Assembly (NCBI GenBank): GCA_051313645.2
Contig: JBNRSN020000009.1
Location: forward strand, 160,332,001-160,396,000
Direction of reading: 5' to 3'
Length of the DNA: 64,000 nucleotides
Source: Centroscyllium fabricii
Taxonomy: Eukaryota
Position 1 is the first letter of the stretch. Every line of letters starts with the position of its first letter. Shown in pieces: positions 61,090 through 64,000 of this stretch. The notes beneath the pieces were generated by a model. The model had not been told where the DNA came from and did no database searches. It worked only from the letters and a program-made list of their open reading frames with translations. The position numbers were made by a program, and so were the translations under genes.

Positions 61090-61565
61090 GTAGGCCATTT
61101 CGATGATAAGAAAGAACTGGCATTTATATAGCGCCTTTCATGACCTCAGGACATCCCAAAGTGCTTTACAGACATTGAAGTACTTTTGAAGTGGAGTCAC
61201 TCTCCACGTAGGGAAACGCGACAGCCAATTTGTGCACAGCAACATCCCACAAACAGCAATGTGATAATGATCAGATAATCTGTTTTAGTGATGTTGATTG
61301 AGGGATAAATATTGGCCCCAGGACACCGGGGAGAACTCTCCTGCTCGTCTTCGAAATAGTGCCGTGGGATCTTTTACATCCATCTGAGGGGTCTCACTTT
61401 AGCATCTCACCAGAAAGACGGCACCTCCAACAGTGCAGCACCCCCCTCAGTACTGCACTGGAGTGTCAGGAAGATTGTGCGCTCAAGTCCCTGGAGTGGG
61501 ACGTGAACCCACGACCTTCTGATTCAGACGAGAGAGCGCTGCCCACTGCGCCACGGCTGACCCAA
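61090..61565 (-). mobile_element. Deu-domain SINE
   Basis: Reverse complement of the 42236-42685 type. Confidence 0.85.
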
Positions 61566-61877
61566 ATTTTACATTTGCCAGTAGCTGCCCACTCCACATG
61601 ACCCACGTCATGTCGAGGGCACTGGTAAACGTCCCTTGAAAGCACTGTCCTCTGGCCATAGAACCATACAGCACAGAAAGAGGCAATTCGGCCCATCGTG
61701 CCCGGGCCAGCTCTTTGAAAACGCTGTCCAATTAATCCCAATCCCCTGCTCCTTCCCCCATAGCCCTGCAAATTTTTCCTGTATCCTGTTCCATTCTGAG
61801 AGTTACTATTGAATCTGCTTCCACTTCAGGCAGAGGGTTCCAGCATATCACCTGCAAGAACACTCATGACACACTTA

Positions 61878-62545
61878 GGGGGAAAAATTGGGTGGCTTGC
61901 GTCAGCTGTTAGCGCCCTAAGAGGGCTGCTGATGGGGCGCAAGGCACCTATCGCCTGGGCTGGCGCTTCCCGTTATATTCATCAGGGTGCTGGCGGCGGT
62001 GGCAGCTGTTAGGGCCCCGTGACACTGCGCCACCGGCGATGACATTATCGCCGTGCGCAGCGCCCCGCTCGCGCCCCCATACGCAGCGCCGGACCGCCGT
62101 CACCGACAGGGTCAGGGGGACGCAGATGCAGCCGGGCCAGCGCTATTTAAAGGGGGGATGCCGGGTGGCCATTTTTCTTGCTGGCCGCCTGCCAGCACCT
62201 GCCCGACTGCCGTCCCCGATGCCCCCCCCCCAAAGAGTGGCGGCTGTGCTCCGTGAGCCCGGCACTTCCCTCGAGTGCCGGGCTTCTTTGGCGGCACTCC
62301 GACCCCCGGCGGTCCAGCGGGGCTCCGGGCCACGCCACCCTAGGCCACTCCCCTTTAAGGGGAGGGAGGCCTGCAGTACCGCGGCGCGGCGTGCTACAGA
62401 GCGTGGCGCAGCGACCCACAGCGGCCGAAATTGAGTTATTGCGCCCAAGGAACGAGGTGGGGCGCCTGCAGTAGCGCCGCACCTCCTACTGTGGGGCGTA
62501 AAACCCAATTTCAGGCTGAACAGCGCTAACTTTTCTGGGGCGCTA
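61878..62545. mobile_element. GC-rich MITE (25024 family)
   Basis: GGGGGAAAAATTGG end; interior resembles the reverse complement of 25200-25440. Confidence 0.6.
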
Positions 62546-62569
62546 AATGTATCTTGCCTGTGAATTTCC

Positions 62570-63000
62570 TCTGAGGGCAGTGCTCAATGATGTGGTCCAG
62601 GGGTCTGATTAGGAGCTCCACAGTTGTATGATGGGGGATGCTTTAATCTTCCATCCAAGGAGAATGTGGCAGCCTCTACCATGACCGGTTCTGAGGCAGT
62701 TGCTGGTTGTCCACTGTTGGCGAGGAAGGTTTGACCTTCAGGTTGTACTGTGGGGTCCTCTATAAGGAATCCGTTCCGTATGTCGCAGTTCCTCCAAGCA
62801 TTTCGCCATCGGTCATCAAGGCTGAGGGGAGATCGCTGAAGGGCTTCGGCGACGGTCCAAAATGGCCTTCTAGATTAGAGACGGTTTGGTGGTGGATTAG
62901 TCAAGTCAGCTTGGATCAGCATGTCTTTGCTGGTGTAGCGGTTGTATTCTCTGGAGACTGCATTTTCGCGGCGTAGGTGCGATGTTTGCAAGCGCGGGGC
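62570..63000 (-). mobile_element. Degenerate non-LTR element C-terminus (RTEX/I/Nimb-like zinc knuckle)
   Basis: With frameshifts it reads DPTVQPEG.NLPRQQWTT.N.LRTGHGR...WKIKASP.YNCGAPNQT.LDHIIEHCP. Confidence 0.65.
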
Positions 63001-63264
63001 AACCAAGGTGTTGGTGTCGATAAAAGCGTACCGGTGACAATTCTCAGCGAATTATCACACCCTTAGTGAATCATTAAAACAAGTCGTGTGATATTTATGA
63101 AGCTGACACGTGGGGGCCCTGCTGCTTGGACAGGGTGCCAGAGGGCTTCTGGATACGCAACCCAACATGTCAGCACCTTCGAAAGAGATGGAACTGGAGA
63201 AAGAAATCTCACTGCTGAAACACAGCGGTAGTGATAACTGGATGCAAGTGTCCTAATAATATAA

Positions 63265-63670
63265 GTGTCAGCTTTGCTCAGTTAGTAGCGCTCTTGTCCC
63301 TCAGTTAGCAGCTTGTGGGTTCAAGCCCCAATCCAGGGTTTAAGCGCATCATCGAGTCTGATGCTCCAGAGCTGTACTGAGGGTGTGCTGCACTGTCACA
63401 ATGGTTCAGGTGGATGCTTAAAAAGAAGTCCTATAGCGTTATTTAAAGAGTGGGGCATTCTCCCGATGTCCTGGCCAGCATTCCTCCCTCCCATCAAAAA
63501 AACAGATTAACCAGTCATTGCACTTTTGTGGGAGTATGCGGTGCACAAATTGGCTGCTGAGTTTGCCTACAGTACAACAGTGGCTGCACTTCAAAACAAA
63601 TTTACTGGACGTGAAACATTTCAGGATGTCCGGAAAGACTTGATCGGGCACTATGCAAATACAAGTCTTT
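63265..63670 (+). mobile_element. Old Deu-domain SINE
   Basis: Degenerate tRNA head and Deu core. Confidence 0.65.
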
Positions 63671-64000
63671 CAAAGCTCTTTAGTTTCGGCGAGCGCACAT
63701 TGTTGGTTGAGTAGACACGCAACGTTAGTGCAGCTTGGCTTGCTTCTGGTCCACTGCACTCGGAAAAAAGCGTCTGTCTGCAGAGGTCAGACGAGATGAT
63801 CAAATTATAAGCGGCAGGCTAATTATTAAACCAGCCCGTCTGGAACATAATGGCAACTGCCGTGCAGGATGCTCTGCAGACTCTCTAACCCCACGTGCTG
63901 TCCCACTGGAGATGGGTTTTTTAACTGAACGACCCATTCATTCAGCTTTCAAAGCCAGTGGTCACTTGGCATCTTGAAGGTCAATACTTTGTTACAATCA

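Overview
This is eukaryotic, repeat-saturated vertebrate DNA, most likely from a shark or ray. That inference rests on HE1/V-SINE-like and Deu-domain (SacSINE1-like) SINEs, HER1/CR1-like LINEs and Penelope fragments. No host protein-coding exon could be recognised. Main elements: (1) a structurally intact 4.2-kb PIF/Harbinger transposon (36070-40260) with a DDE transposase, a convergent spliced Myb/MADF gene and a captured Penelope terminal fragment between them; (2) a Gypsy LTR element (1852-5441) with near-identical LTRs and a tRNA-Trp-type PBS but its whole RT domain deleted; (3) a 5'-truncated CR1/HER1 LINE (7081-10846); (4) many MITEs (Tigger/pogo-like with TA sites, hAT-like with 8-bp TSDs, Harbinger-like with 3-bp TSDs), solo LTRs, SINEs, Penelope hammerhead motifs and minisatellites, often nested. 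An orphan 123-aa ORF fused to a SINE (28010-28381) and several repeat-free AT-rich islands remain unexplained. Coordinates were read by eye; boundaries of degenerate repeats are approximate.
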